Of a stretch of 64,000 bases of DNA, positions 1 to 9,191 are shown piece after piece. The notes under the pieces were generated by a model. The model did no database searches and was not told the DNA's origin. It saw nothing but the letters and a program-made list of their open reading frames with translations. Position numbers and translations under genes: made by a program. The DNA lies in the NCBI GenBank assembly GCA_015057435.1, contig SVEJ01000007.1, forward strand, positions 15,084-79,083, read 5' to 3'. How positions within the stretch are numbered: the stretch's first letter is position 1; each line of letters opens with the position of its first letter. This DNA comes from Lachnospiraceae bacterium (lineage in GTDB: Bacteria; Bacillota; Clostridia; Lachnospirales; Lachnospiraceae).

Positions 1-224
1 CTTTCCTCATACACTACTTCAAAGTCCAATTCCTGAGCACTTTCATTTAAACCTTCATAGTGAGACTGACCCCATCCCTTGTCGTTAATCTCTCCGTTGT
101 ACAAGATTCCTACCTTCGTTCTTCCCTTCATCTGCTCTGTAGCCAGGTATCTATTCGTAATAAAAAATATTCCCATTATAGTAATTAATAATATCGCAAA
201 GGTTATTATGGCGATTTTTTTCAT
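1..224 (-). CDS. BMP-family (Med/PnrA-like) ABC substrate-binding protein, N-terminal fragment truncated by window edge
   Basis: Absent from the ORF track because it is truncated. My minus-strand translation from ATG at 224 reads MKKIAIITFAILLITIMGIFFITNRYLATEQMKGRTKVGILYNGEINDKGWGQSHYEGLNESAQELDFEVVYEE. It has a hydrophobic N-terminus followed by a GxxxDKGxxQS motif typical of BMP-family proteins. AAGAGGTG lies 4 nt upstream of the ATG. Confidence 0.55.
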   Translation of the reverse strand, partial: MKKIAIITFAILLITIMGIFFITNRYLATEQMKGRTKVGILYNGEINDKGWGQSHYEGLNESAQELDFEVVYEE

Positions 225-302
225 ATTGCACCTCTTATGTATCATTCTTATTATGTTTTTTCAACTACAGATTATAACATAACTTTTTGTCTATACATAG
301 GT

Positions 303-830
303 TTACAATGTATCAATCTCTTTTTTCTTCAATAAAAACAAGCTGACAATACATGAGATAACCAATATAATACCGACCGGTAAGAGTACATATGCAACAT
401 AGCTTATTATCTTATAATTATTTTCTATCATTTTACACGCGTCATCAAATGCAAGCCATGATGTGCCATCTACCTTTATTTCATAAGCCGTTAATGTCTT
501 TTCGTAAACCATAAGTTCCATTTTTGTTCCGGACTTTAAGTTCGTTACGCGGTCTGATAGTTCTTTACTTAAACAACTCGAATGAATCTCCACATCGGAT
601 GCATAATCATCAAATCTGAGATTGATGCGATTGACGTCCATTCCATCACTTCCCGAGTGATATTTCCAATCATGAAAGGTTGCCGTTATCGACACACAGT
701 CCTCTTTGTCCACATCAATGTACCATTTTTTCCCTACAATACAAAATATGGCAAAAACAATTAGTAACACGCCTACTGCTAATCTCTTCCAAGGGTTTAC
801 CAAATCTCTAAGCCCTATCGAAAAATTCAT
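303..830 (-). CDS. hypothetical membrane protein (N- and C-terminal TM segments)
   Basis: ORF 303..881. I prefer the internal ATG at 830 (MNFSIGLRDL...) because GGAGGT lies about 7 nt upstream. There are hydrophobic segments near both ends. No family recognised. Confidence 0.5.
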   Translation of the reverse strand: MNFSIGLRDLVNPWKRLAVGVLLIVFAIFCIVGKKWYIDVDKEDCVSITATFHDWKYHSGSDGMDVNRINLRFDDYASDVEIHSSCLSKELSDRVTNLKSGTKMELMVYEKTLTAYEIKVDGTSWLAFDDACKMIENNYKIISYVAYVLLPVGIILVISCIVSLFLLKKKEIDTL

Positions 831-903
831 ATCAAATACCTCCGCTTTGTAAATCCATTTATTCACATACAAGAGTAACATAAAAATTACGAATTATTCG
901 TTC

Positions 904-936
904 TTTGCGTATAAATGAGTGATTTTTGCGTAAAAA
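904..936. promoter_or_regulatory. pair of 12-nt direct repeats TTTGCGTA(T/A)AAA spaced 21 bp (candidate LytTR-type operator)
   Basis: The repeats are TTTGCGTATAAA at 904-915 and TTTGCGTAAAAA at 925-936 (11/12 identical, 21-bp periodicity). They abut the palindrome ACGAATTATTCGT (889-901). The site lies between the divergent membrane-protein gene and the LytTR regulator gene. Confidence 0.3.
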
Positions 937-1147
937 TCGTGGCAACGGACAAAAGTGCGATTTACGAAGGTATGTTTGCAGGTGATGATGCAACAGTATA
1001 CACAGAAGTGAATTACTTAAACAAATAAAATATGGAATATGTGTGAAGAAGGACTGAAGATAATCATAAAAAGAACGATGAAGAGCGTAATAGCAGTTGT
1101 AATTTTTGCATAAATCCAACAATTATGATGATTTTTATCATATTTTA

Positions 1148-1156
1148 TGCTATAAT
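1148..1156 (+). promoter_or_regulatory. extended -10 promoter element TGcTATAAT
   Basis: atgcTATAATgaaat lies about 40 nt upstream of the LytTR regulator start. No convincing -35 was seen. Confidence 0.35.
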
Positions 1157-1195
1157 GAAATACCACTAAAAATATCAAACAAAGGAGGTTCACGA

Positions 1196-1918
1196 ATGAA
1201 TATTGCAATATGCGACGACGACCTGCAGTGTAGCGGAATGCTCAATATAATGTTGGAAGAATATGCCGCTAAGCACAATCTTAAAGATTTCACTGTCTAT
1301 ATCTATAGCCACGCAGATGATCTTATAGATGCCATTCAGGACGATGAACACTTTGATATATGCATACTTGATATAATGATGCCTGACATAAGCGGTATTG
1401 AATTGGGTATTAAGCTAAGAAATGACGGCTATGAAGGAATCATCATTTACCTTACAGCCAGCAAGGATTATGCACTCGATTCTTATAAAGCAAAGGCTTT
1501 TAACTATATACTAAAACCTATTGTACCTGCTGATTTGTATCAGACCTTAGACGATGCATTGAAGGATTTTTCCGGCAAATCAGAAAGATTTGTCGTTGTC
1601 AAAACCAAGGAAGGGAACACACGTATTTCCTTAAACAATATCCTTTACATACAGCTTAGCAATCGTGTTTTGGTATATTATCTGACAGATGGTTCCACAT
1701 TAGAAGGTCTGTATCTCCGAGTTCCTTTTGCTACTGCTGTACAGGATTTCTTACTAGACAAAAGCTTCGTACAATGCGCTGCCGGTATCGTAGTTAATAT
1801 TTCCTTAGTCTCTACAGTGACGAATGAAGTGGTTACATTTCATAATAATCAAACGGCATATTTTAGCAAAAAAATTTGTACTGAAATCTGCAATGCTTGG
1901 AATGATTATAACCAATAA
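1196..1918 (+). CDS. LytR/AlgR-family response regulator (REC + LytTR DNA-binding domain)
   Basis: ORF 1106..1918. The start is set at ATG 1196 (MNIAICDDD...), preceded by AAAGGAGGT. The receiver shows DD...D (ILDIMMPDISG) and a conserved K region. The C-terminus (FVVVKTKEGNTRISLNNILYIQL...) fits the LytTR pattern. Confidence 0.85.
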   Translation: MNIAICDDDLQCSGMLNIMLEEYAAKHNLKDFTVYIYSHADDLIDAIQDDEHFDICILDIMMPDISGIELGIKLRNDGYEGIIIYLTASKDYALDSYKAKAFNYILKPIVPADLYQTLDDALKDFSGKSERFVVVKTKEGNTRISLNNILYIQLSNRVLVYYLTDGSTLEGLYLRVPFATAVQDFLLDKSFVQCAAGIVVNISLVSTVTNEVVTFHNNQTAYFSKKICTEICNAWNDYNQ

Positions 1919-1953
1919 AAACCATGGGTATCCAAAACCCATGGTTTTTATTT
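1917..1953. terminator. bidirectional rho-independent terminator
   Basis: AAAA-ACCATGGGT-atccaaa-ACCCATGGT-TTTTTATTT: a 9-bp GC-containing stem with A and T runs on either side. It sits between convergent genes. Confidence 0.7.
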
Positions 1954-2004
1954 GCTTCACGCCATAGACGCACATCGCAAGCACAGTATGCTCCGTGCCA
2001 TAGC

Positions 2005-4551
2005 TTATCGCACGTAACTAATAAACACATTTCCACTATCGTGGATTTTTTCTTCAAATTCTTCACGTTCCTCTACAATATCATCATCTTCTAACGGATT
2101 GATATATCGTACTTTCTGCCCGTTATAACTTGTCACTAATACATAGGTTCCATCTGCAAATCTTGTAATAACAGGTGCATCTTTACACAGATAGTACAAT
2201 CCATTTTCAAACGCACAACCGGTAATATCCGTTCCCTTTCTTCCAACATACTTAAGAAGAATTTCTTCTATCGGTTTTTCGTTGGCAATATCATCAATCA
2301 TCGCTGCATATTCCGGATTTTTTTCTTCGTATATTCCCATCATATAGATACACGCTGCTAACGTTTCACGTACATCTTGCACATTGTAGATTTTGATCTT
2401 ATCAGCAACGGTATGATAATCCTTAACCGCAATCTTTCTCCACACAATCACGCCGTCTGAATCGACAACAACACCTGCATTTTCATAAGCAACACGCACA
2501 GCTTCATTGAGACTTAGATAGTCTGTCATATACTTACCTTGACCGTATGCGTAGAACTTTGTATTGATATGGTCAAAATTAACCTTTACCGTCGTGTCTT
2601 CTTCATTTACTTCTTTACGCGTAATCATCAGTTTCGGACGAACCGTTACGTATATATAATCCGGGAACTTCAGATACAGCTGATTGTATGCTTTATCTGT
2701 CATCTTGTACAACGTGTAGATCTGGTCTGTGTTTTCCTCTTTTTTGTACGTAATAAAGTCCTGTGTCGTCTCTTCAAACACACCATTAATTTTTCTAACA
2801 CGATTAAGGTATACGACACCATTTTTTGCAACGGCATCAATCACATAGACACCGGTAGCTCCATAGTTTTTCACCACATTTTTGTTCTTATCAAGAATAT
2901 CAATGCTCGAAATCGGACAGATAACCGTCTTATCTAAAGCAACCTCAATATCACCCTCTCTAATTCTACCAAGCACAAGGTCTTCTTCAACAAAACCGAT
3001 TGCTTCTAAACGTTCGCCCGAAGTTGCATCGTAGACTTGCGTCTCCCCATTCTCCAAATTCAAAACCGTAATCTTGGTTGTGTTCTCTGTCAACAATTCA
3101 TTCGGATATCCAATCAGATGATGATCATCTGAAACCGCGAGATTTTCATTTAATACATCCTCTATAAAAATCTCAGCTTTCAACGTATTCGTATCAACCT
3201 TTACAATACAATCGTTATCAAAGTAGAAGAATTCGCCTGCTTCATTAAGATACAAAAGCGTCTCCATATCTTCTTTGAGAATGTTAAACGGCTTATTGTT
3301 TTCAATAAAAAGTATCTCATCCATCTTGTCCTTTTGCGCAGAAAATGAGAATACAGAAATTCCGACTTTTCCTTCATGATCACCACGATTCATATAACCA
3401 TAGACAGCAAACACAATATTACCATCCTTGTCCATGTTAAGAATTTTGATATTATTCTCATCGTAAGTTACACGTGCATCCGTATAATTATCCTCTTGAC
3501 AAAAACCATATACATTTGTGATTGTTCCGCTATCGTAGTCGTAATACCAAAGCTGTCTGGCCTGTGTAAATGCTACCTTCTTTTGTTTGTCTGCCACGAC
3601 ATACTGGAACTTTTCATCATCTATTACACCCACTTTAAACATGTTGGCTGTTATGTCGATGTTATCAATGGTAAATAACGCTTCCTGCTGGCGGTTATAA
3701 TCTAACAGGTAAATCTTATCTTCTGCCACAAAGCGTACACGATAATCCTCTGTCACATAATAATTCTGAATTATCTTATTCTCTGTAGCTGAAATCATAT
3801 ACTTAAGCTGTATAATGGCGTAGCTATCGTCAATTTCTTTGATGCTTGCAATCGGTTTTGTCAAACGATCAGGACTCAGATTGGCAAACGTAATCGTCTC
3901 AAAGCTTGAATGTATATTGACCTCAGAAAGATACTCATTGTTACCATCTTCATTCGGCTCAATACTTTTCGTAATAATCTGCTCCGCCTTTTCCTTGTCG
4001 AAAATCGCATCATTAAAATTCTCAACAAACTCAATCAGATAAGACGCATGGAAATCATTTTCCACAACAACACGTGTATAATATCTTGCTGCCACATCCT
4101 CACCGGTCATCGCCTTTAAGACTAATACATATTCCTGTAGCTCTTCTAAATCCGTTCGAAAAACAATCCTAATCTTATCATACCCATCTGCATGATTTAA
4201 CTCTGTCACGGGACCATTTTCTATCAAATCACCTTGATACAAACTTCGCAACTCATACTCATATGTTCCATACTCATCACTTCCCTGATCTGCCCAGAGT
4301 TCAATAGTTTGGCTGTAATCCATAGGTGTAATCGTATCTCTAAAATATGTTGTATCAACTTTTCCCGTATACCCATGCAATGTATTAATAAAGCGTTCAC
4401 TATAACGTACATACACGATTGGCAACGTCGCCTGCTCCATTTCCACCGAAACATCTTCCACACCACGATTGTGAAGCGAATTCACAAAAAAAATGGTACC
4501 GATGAAGATACATAGCAATATCAGTATTTTTGCAACTACTCTTCCGTCCAT
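2005..4551 (-). CDS. large hypothetical protein, N-terminal membrane anchor, extracytoplasmic body
   Basis: The 848-aa ORF has a single hydrophobic segment at the N-terminus (AKILILLCIFIGTIFFV). No family recognised. The C-terminal ~190 aa vaguely resemble a C39-like peptidase fold (LAACIYMMGIY ... YVLVTSYNGQKVRYINP), which is a weak impression only. Confidence 0.6.
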   Translation of the reverse strand: MDGRVVAKILILLCIFIGTIFFVNSLHNRGVEDVSVEMEQATLPIVYVRYSERFINTLHGYTGKVDTTYFRDTITPMDYSQTIELWADQGSDEYGTYEYELRSLYQGDLIENGPVTELNHADGYDKIRIVFRTDLEELQEYVLVLKAMTGEDVAARYYTRVVVENDFHASYLIEFVENFNDAIFDKEKAEQIITKSIEPNEDGNNEYLSEVNIHSSFETITFANLSPDRLTKPIASIKEIDDSYAIIQLKYMISATENKIIQNYYVTEDYRVRFVAEDKIYLLDYNRQQEALFTIDNIDITANMFKVGVIDDEKFQYVVADKQKKVAFTQARQLWYYDYDSGTITNVYGFCQEDNYTDARVTYDENNIKILNMDKDGNIVFAVYGYMNRGDHEGKVGISVFSFSAQKDKMDEILFIENNKPFNILKEDMETLLYLNEAGEFFYFDNDCIVKVDTNTLKAEIFIEDVLNENLAVSDDHHLIGYPNELLTENTTKITVLNLENGETQVYDATSGERLEAIGFVEEDLVLGRIREGDIEVALDKTVICPISSIDILDKNKNVVKNYGATGVYVIDAVAKNGVVYLNRVRKINGVFEETTQDFITYKKEENTDQIYTLYKMTDKAYNQLYLKFPDYIYVTVRPKLMITRKEVNEEDTTVKVNFDHINTKFYAYGQGKYMTDYLSLNEAVRVAYENAGVVVDSDGVIVWRKIAVKDYHTVADKIKIYNVQDVRETLAACIYMMGIYEEKNPEYAAMIDDIANEKPIEEILLKYVGRKGTDITGCAFENGLYYLCKDAPVITRFADGTYVLVTSYNGQKVRYINPLEDDDIVEEREEFEEKIHDSGNVFISYVR

Positions 4552-4571
4552 TTTGAAATCTCCTATATTAT

Positions 4572-4958
4572 CTATCTTATATGCAAATTCTGAAATTTCT
4601 TACAAAACTTGTCATGTCTTCTTCGTCTTATATACATCTCCTGGCACACCATAACCTGTAACATATTTTTTAGCTGTGCCTTCTCTTTGTCACTCCCTTT
4701 AAAAGAAAGCTTCTTATAAATCTCACTTGCAATCCGATAAATGGTAACCGCATCCGGATACTGTGCATACATCGGACTCCCCTCATATTCATATCGATCC
4801 ATATATTCCTCCAAGACAGACGCCATCAAGCGAACCTCTCTTGGATACAATCTTCTCAAATATTCATAATCTTTTAAACATACTTCTTCCTCTTCTAAAA
4901 AATCAACTTCCTTCGGAAAAAGTGTATTCAAATCATAATGCAAACCTTGGATATTCAT
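4572..4958 (-). CDS. hypothetical cytoplasmic protein
   Basis: The 128-aa ORF lies immediately upstream of, and co-oriented with, the 848-aa gene (20-nt gap). No family recognised. Confidence 0.45.
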   Translation of the reverse strand: MNIQGLHYDLNTLFPKEVDFLEEEEVCLKDYEYLRRLYPREVRLMASVLEEYMDRYEYEGSPMYAQYPDAVTIYRIASEIYKKLSFKGSDKEKAQLKNMLQVMVCQEMYIRRRRHDKFCKKFQNLHIR

Positions 4959-5126
4959 ATATTATTCCTCTCAGACATATTTTTAATACGTAACCATCCG
5001 AAACCTTACATGTAACTTCTTGTTCCGAACAATTCTCATACTACTATGTTATGTCTAACGGAATATAATGTGACTACTGACACATGTAAAACATGCGCGT
5101 ATTTTTTATCACTAGACAGCATGGTA

Positions 5127-5150
5127 GGAAAAGGGAATAATCCATTCCCC
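5127..5150 (-). terminator. probable rho-independent terminator after pfkA
   Basis: The minus strand reads GGGAAT-ggatt-ATTCCC followed by TTTTCC. The stem is short (6 bp). Confidence 0.4.
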
Positions 5151-5169
5151 TCCCGCGCCATGCGTCCCT

Positions 5170-6246
5170 TTATTCGTCTCCGAAAGAAATTCCAAGCGCA
5201 CGTGCATTTTGCACAATGCTATCCTCAGGAGAAACATATTTTAATTTGCCTGCTGATTCTGAAAGTGCAATGTCCGTTACATCATTGTCTTTCAATACAA
5301 CAAGTCTTCCGTACTTTTCTTCCTTAATCAACTGTGCTGCATAAGCACCAAATCTAGAAGAAAGTACACGGTCAAATGCATTCGGACTACCACCTCTTTG
5401 TGTATGTCCCGGAACTGCGATTCTTACTTCGCTTCCACAATATTCCTTAATCTGGTCAGCAATTTCATATGCAACAGAAGGATATGGACGATTTGCAATC
5501 TTTTCTTTTCTCTTCTTCTTCGGAAGTGCTGCATCTTCTTTAGAAATTGCACCTTCTGCAACGGCAATAATCGAAAAGCCTTTACCTGCTTTTGTTCTCT
5601 TCTCAAGTGCCTTACAAACACTCTTAATATCATAAGGAATCTCAGGTAACAAGATAATGTCAGCACCACCGGCAATACCTGCGTGCAATGTGATATGTCC
5701 AACCTTATGTCCCATAATCTCAACTAAGAATACACGATTATGCGATGCAGCTGTTGTATGAATACAGTCAATTGCATTGGTTGCAATATCAACTGCAGAT
5801 TGGAAACCAAATGTCATATCCGTTCCCCAGAGGTCATTGTCAATTGTCTTAGGAAGACCAATTACATTTAACCCTTCACCACTTAGCAGATTTGCAGTCT
5901 TTTGAGAACCATTACCACCTAAGACAACAAGACAATCTAACTTTAGCTTTTTGTATGTCTCTTTCATTGCCTTTACTTTATCAATACCATCTTCTGTTGG
6001 TTCATTCATTAATTTAAATGGTGTACGAGAACTACCAAGAATCGTTCCTCCCTTTGTTAATATGCCGGAAAAATCATCCGCTTTCAAAAGTTTGTAGTTG
6101 TTACGGATTAACCCCTTATAACCCTCTAAAAATCCGTAAATCTCTACATCCTTATACATGCTGCAAAGTCCTTTCACAACACCTCTCATGGTAGCATTCA
6201 GTGCCTGGCAATCGCCTCCACTTGTCAACATTCCGATTCTCTTCAT
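5170..6246 (-). CDS. pfkA: 6-phosphofructokinase
   Basis: The N-terminus MKRIGMLTSGGDCQALNATMRGVV carries the PFK signature. GGNGS, PKTIDND and MGHKVGH motifs are also present. Confidence 0.9.
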   Translation of the reverse strand: MKRIGMLTSGGDCQALNATMRGVVKGLCSMYKDVEIYGFLEGYKGLIRNNYKLLKADDFSGILTKGGTILGSSRTPFKLMNEPTEDGIDKVKAMKETYKKLKLDCLVVLGGNGSQKTANLLSGEGLNVIGLPKTIDNDLWGTDMTFGFQSAVDIATNAIDCIHTTAASHNRVFLVEIMGHKVGHITLHAGIAGGADIILLPEIPYDIKSVCKALEKRTKAGKGFSIIAVAEGAISKEDAALPKKKRKEKIANRPYPSVAYEIADQIKEYCGSEVRIAVPGHTQRGGSPNAFDRVLSSRFGAYAAQLIKEEKYGRLVVLKDNDVTDIALSESAGKLKYVSPEDSIVQNARALGISFGDE

Positions 6247-6318
6247 AAGCCTTACCTACCTTTCTTCTCCTAGTATATTACATTTAAAATTGCGAAACCT
6301 TGATTTCATTTTTCTAAA

Positions 6319-6456
6319 TTGTATATATTTAACATACCAACGCAGGACGTTCTCACTTGCGACAATGCGTAGCGGTACTAAATTCGATGCGATGCATCTC
6401 ATTAAGGACCGACGGATTGTCAGCACCTGCTTATAGTAATGATTAAATATATACAA
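6319..6456. repeat. copy 1 of a ~138-nt rod-like (imperfect palindromic) element
   Basis: It shares the core TTAACATACCAACGCAGGACGTTC.CACTTGCGACAATGCGTAGCGG.ACTAA.TTCGA and the 3-prime block ATTGTCAGCACCTGCTTAT.GTAAT with copy 2. The ends are TTGTATA...TATACAA. The outer stem is TTGTATATATTTAACA / TGATTAAATATATACAA. Confidence 0.75.
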
Positions 6457-6487
6457 TAAAATATACACTTATCATGTTTCGCAATTT

Positions 6488-7084
6488 TTACAGGTTCACC
6501 CTTCCTTCTAGTGCACGAAGGAGGGTTACCTCATCGATACATTCTAAGTCGCCACCTACAGGGATTCCTGATGCAATTCGGCTAACCTTGATTCCTGTCG
6601 GTTTCACAAGCTTGCTGATATACATCGCCGTAATTTCACCTTCCACACCTGAGTTAGTAGCAATAATAAGTTCGTCCACATCGTCACGCAAACGGATGAT
6701 TAATTCCTTTAATTTGATATCATCCTGGCCAACCCCAAGTTTCGGGGAAATTGCACCGTGCAACACATGATAGACACCCTGATACTTACCTGTACGTTCG
6801 TACGCCGCAAGATCCCTTGGCGTTTCCACTACCATAATCGTCTTCTTATCGCGATTCATAGATGCACATATAGGACAAACCTCTTTGTCTGTGAGTGTAA
6901 AACACTCTTTGCAATATCTCACATTTTCTTTGGCAGTAATAATAGAATCCGACAGTGCCTTCACTTGTTCGTGCGGCATATTGATAATATGATATGCCAA
7001 CCGCTGTGCGGACTTTGAACCAATACCGGGCAACCTGCCTAACTCTTCCACCAAACGATTTACCTGTTCGCTATACAAATCCAT
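6488..7084 (-). CDS. recR: recombination protein RecR
   Basis: [15 protein letters not shown] is a helix-hairpin-helix, CxxC...CxxC is a zinc finger, and a Toprim region follows. Synteny is the canonical dnaX-ybaB-recR order. Confidence 0.95.
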   Translation of the reverse strand: MDLYSEQVNRLVEELGRLPGIGSKSAQRLAYHIINMPHEQVKALSDSIITAKENVRYCKECFTLTDKEVCPICASMNRDKKTIMVVETPRDLAAYERTGKYQGVYHVLHGAISPKLGVGQDDIKLKELIIRLRDDVDELIIATNSGVEGEITAMYISKLVKPTGIKVSRIASGIPVGGDLECIDEVTLLRALEGRVNL

Positions 7085-7428
7085 TAGAATGGAAATCCTC
7101 CCATACCGCCTGTAATCTTAGACATCTGTGTATTCTGATCCTCGTCCTGCATACGAAGCGCCTCATTCACTGCTGCCATAATCAAATCCTCTAACATTTC
7201 AATGTCGTCCGGATCTACTACTTCAGGATCAAGATGCACCTCTTGCAATTCCTTCTTACCTGTAACTACAACTTTCACAACTCCACCACCTGCAGTTGCT
7301 TCATAAGTCTTTTCCTCTAATGCTTTTGCCTGCTCCTCCATCTGCTTTTGCATTCTCTGCGCCTGCTTCATGAGATTATTCATATTGCCGGGCATACCTC
7401 CCGGAAATCCACCTCCACGTTTCGCCAT
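7084..7428 (-). CDS. ybaB: YbaB/EbfC family nucleoid-associated protein
   Basis: The 114-aa protein begins with [18 protein letters not shown] and sits between dnaX and recR. Confidence 0.9.
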   Translation of the reverse strand: MAKRGGGFPGGMPGNMNNLMKQAQRMQKQMEEQAKALEEKTYEATAGGGVVKVVVTGKKELQEVHLDPEVVDPDDIEMLEDLIMAAVNEALRMQDEDQNTQMSKITGGMGGFPF

Positions 7429-7503
7429 CTTTGTTGTCCTCCTAATTCGTTGTTATTATATATTATTTTATTATAAACTTTGTTAAATGCTGTCGAACAA
7501 AGC

Positions 7504-9153
7504 TTATTCTTCGACTCGCCAAGGCATCGCCATCTTGCTGTTATGCATAAGATCAACACTTTCAGCATCCTTTTCCTCTAAGGAATCCTTCAACTGACAG
7601 CGAATCTCCACTTGCTTACCGGTAAGCTCCCCTATCAAATCCTGCAATGCCAGTCTATGTTCTTCTTTCTGAAATTGATCATAGGCCATCTGCGAACGAA
7701 TATCATTCGTAAATGAAAACACAAGTGACTGATGGTCATGCCCAACATTCACACTCCCATAGCGAAGCATATCCATCGTTCCGACTCCAATGCGATTGCA
7801 TAATTCCGGATCGCGTTGAATATTCTTCACACTTTCTACAATCTCTTTCATATCTTCCATCTGTGCCGGAGTGAGTGCTGCCCTAAGCATCGCCTCTCTA
7901 TCAATCTCCTGCTCGTTGCTTTGCGACGGAGCTTGTACCCCCTCACCTTGCTTTGCTGACAAGGCAAGTAGCTGTTCCTCACTAAAAGCAAATGCGCCCT
8001 CTTCTATCTTGCTTTCCAACACACGAAGACGTTCTAAGATAGACTCTGTATCCACTTCCATCTGCGGCGTTGTTAATTTGATAACTGCAAGTTCCAATGT
8101 TACTCTCTTTTGTGTCGCATAGCGGATTTGCGTTGACAGCTCAGAAAACACTCTGATATAGCGCATGAGCGCCGGCATCTCCACCTCATCTGCAATCTGT
8201 TTCATACTGTCAAGATTATCAGCCGACAAGTCCAACTGATCACTTAACACATCTGATGACTTAATCAGCAAAAGATTACGCATATACCATGTAAAATCCG
8301 TTACAAACTGAGAAAGTTCTCTTCCCTGCCAGATGACATCATCGACAATCGAAAGTGCCTGTGTTGTATTCCCCTTCACTACCTGGCGCATCAAGTCTGA
8401 GAATATCTCGACGTCAACCGCACCAAGCACCTCTAACACTTTTTCATAAGTAAGTGTCTGGCCGAGATAATAAGAAATGCATTGGTCAAGCAAACTAAGT
8501 GCGTCTCGCATGGAACCGTCTGCAACTTTTGCAACATAGCGAATCGCTTTTTCTTCTGCTTGAATCTCCTCCCGCTGCAATAATTCCATCAAGCGTTCAT
8601 ATATTACATCCAATCCAATTCGTCTAAAATCATACTTCTGACATCTTGAACGTATCGTAATCGGAATCTTATGAGATTCCGTTGTTGCTAATATAAATAT
8701 CACATAAGAAGGCGGTTCTTCTAACGTCTTAAGTAACGCATTAAATGCACCGCCGGATAACATATGTGCCTCGTCTATAATATATACTTTGAACTTCCCT
8801 ACCGTTGGGGAGTACTGCACATTCTCTCTGATATCGCGAATATTATCTACACCATTATTCGATGCCGCATCCATCTCTATTACATCAAGACTGTTACCAC
8901 TACTTATGGATTTACAAATAGCACATTCATTACATGGGCTACCGTCTTCTAACGGATGTTCGCAATTCACCGCTTTGGCAAACAACTTTGCAACCGTCGT
9001 TTTACCGGTTCCTCTCGTGCCGCAAAACAGATACGCATGTCCGATTCGATCATGAATAATCTGGTTCTTCAGTGTGGTAACTACATGCTCTTGTCCTTTT
9101 ACTTCTTCAAACTCATCAGGTCTCCATTTTCTATATAGAGCCATGTATGACAT
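7504..9153 (-). CDS. dnaX: DNA polymerase III subunit gamma/tau
   Basis: ALYRKWRPDEFEEVKGQEH, a GTRGTGKTT Walker A, a Zn module CxxCxxC and SRCQKYDF are present. The track start at 9162 is GTG. I prefer ATG 9153, about 10 nt after an AGGA. Confidence 0.93.
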   Translation of the reverse strand: MSYMALYRKWRPDEFEEVKGQEHVVTTLKNQIIHDRIGHAYLFCGTRGTGKTTVAKLFAKAVNCEHPLEDGSPCNECAICKSISSGNSLDVIEMDAASNNGVDNIRDIRENVQYSPTVGKFKVYIIDEAHMLSGGAFNALLKTLEEPPSYVIFILATTESHKIPITIRSRCQKYDFRRIGLDVIYERLMELLQREEIQAEEKAIRYVAKVADGSMRDALSLLDQCISYYLGQTLTYEKVLEVLGAVDVEIFSDLMRQVVKGNTTQALSIVDDVIWQGRELSQFVTDFTWYMRNLLLIKSSDVLSDQLDLSADNLDSMKQIADEVEMPALMRYIRVFSELSTQIRYATQKRVTLELAVIKLTTPQMEVDTESILERLRVLESKIEEGAFAFSEEQLLALSAKQGEGVQAPSQSNEQEIDREAMLRAALTPAQMEDMKEIVESVKNIQRDPELCNRIGVGTMDMLRYGSVNVGHDHQSLVFSFTNDIRSQMAYDQFQKEEHRLALQDLIGELTGKQVEIRCQLKDSLEEKDAESVDLMHNSKMAMPWRVEE

Positions 9154-9191
9154 ATCATTCACATCCTAACCTATATCGTTTCCAAGTTACA

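Noticed and set aside
79-282. A 67-aa plus-strand ORF at the left edge.
   Set aside because: It lies antisense to the truncated BMP-family gene, whose translation has a recognisable family motif and a good SD.
7504-9153. A programmed ribosomal frameshift in dnaX (the gamma/tau mechanism known from E. coli).
   Set aside because: I noticed no A AAA AAG-type slippery heptamer with a downstream hairpin in the appropriate region. Firmicutes generally make only the full-length product.
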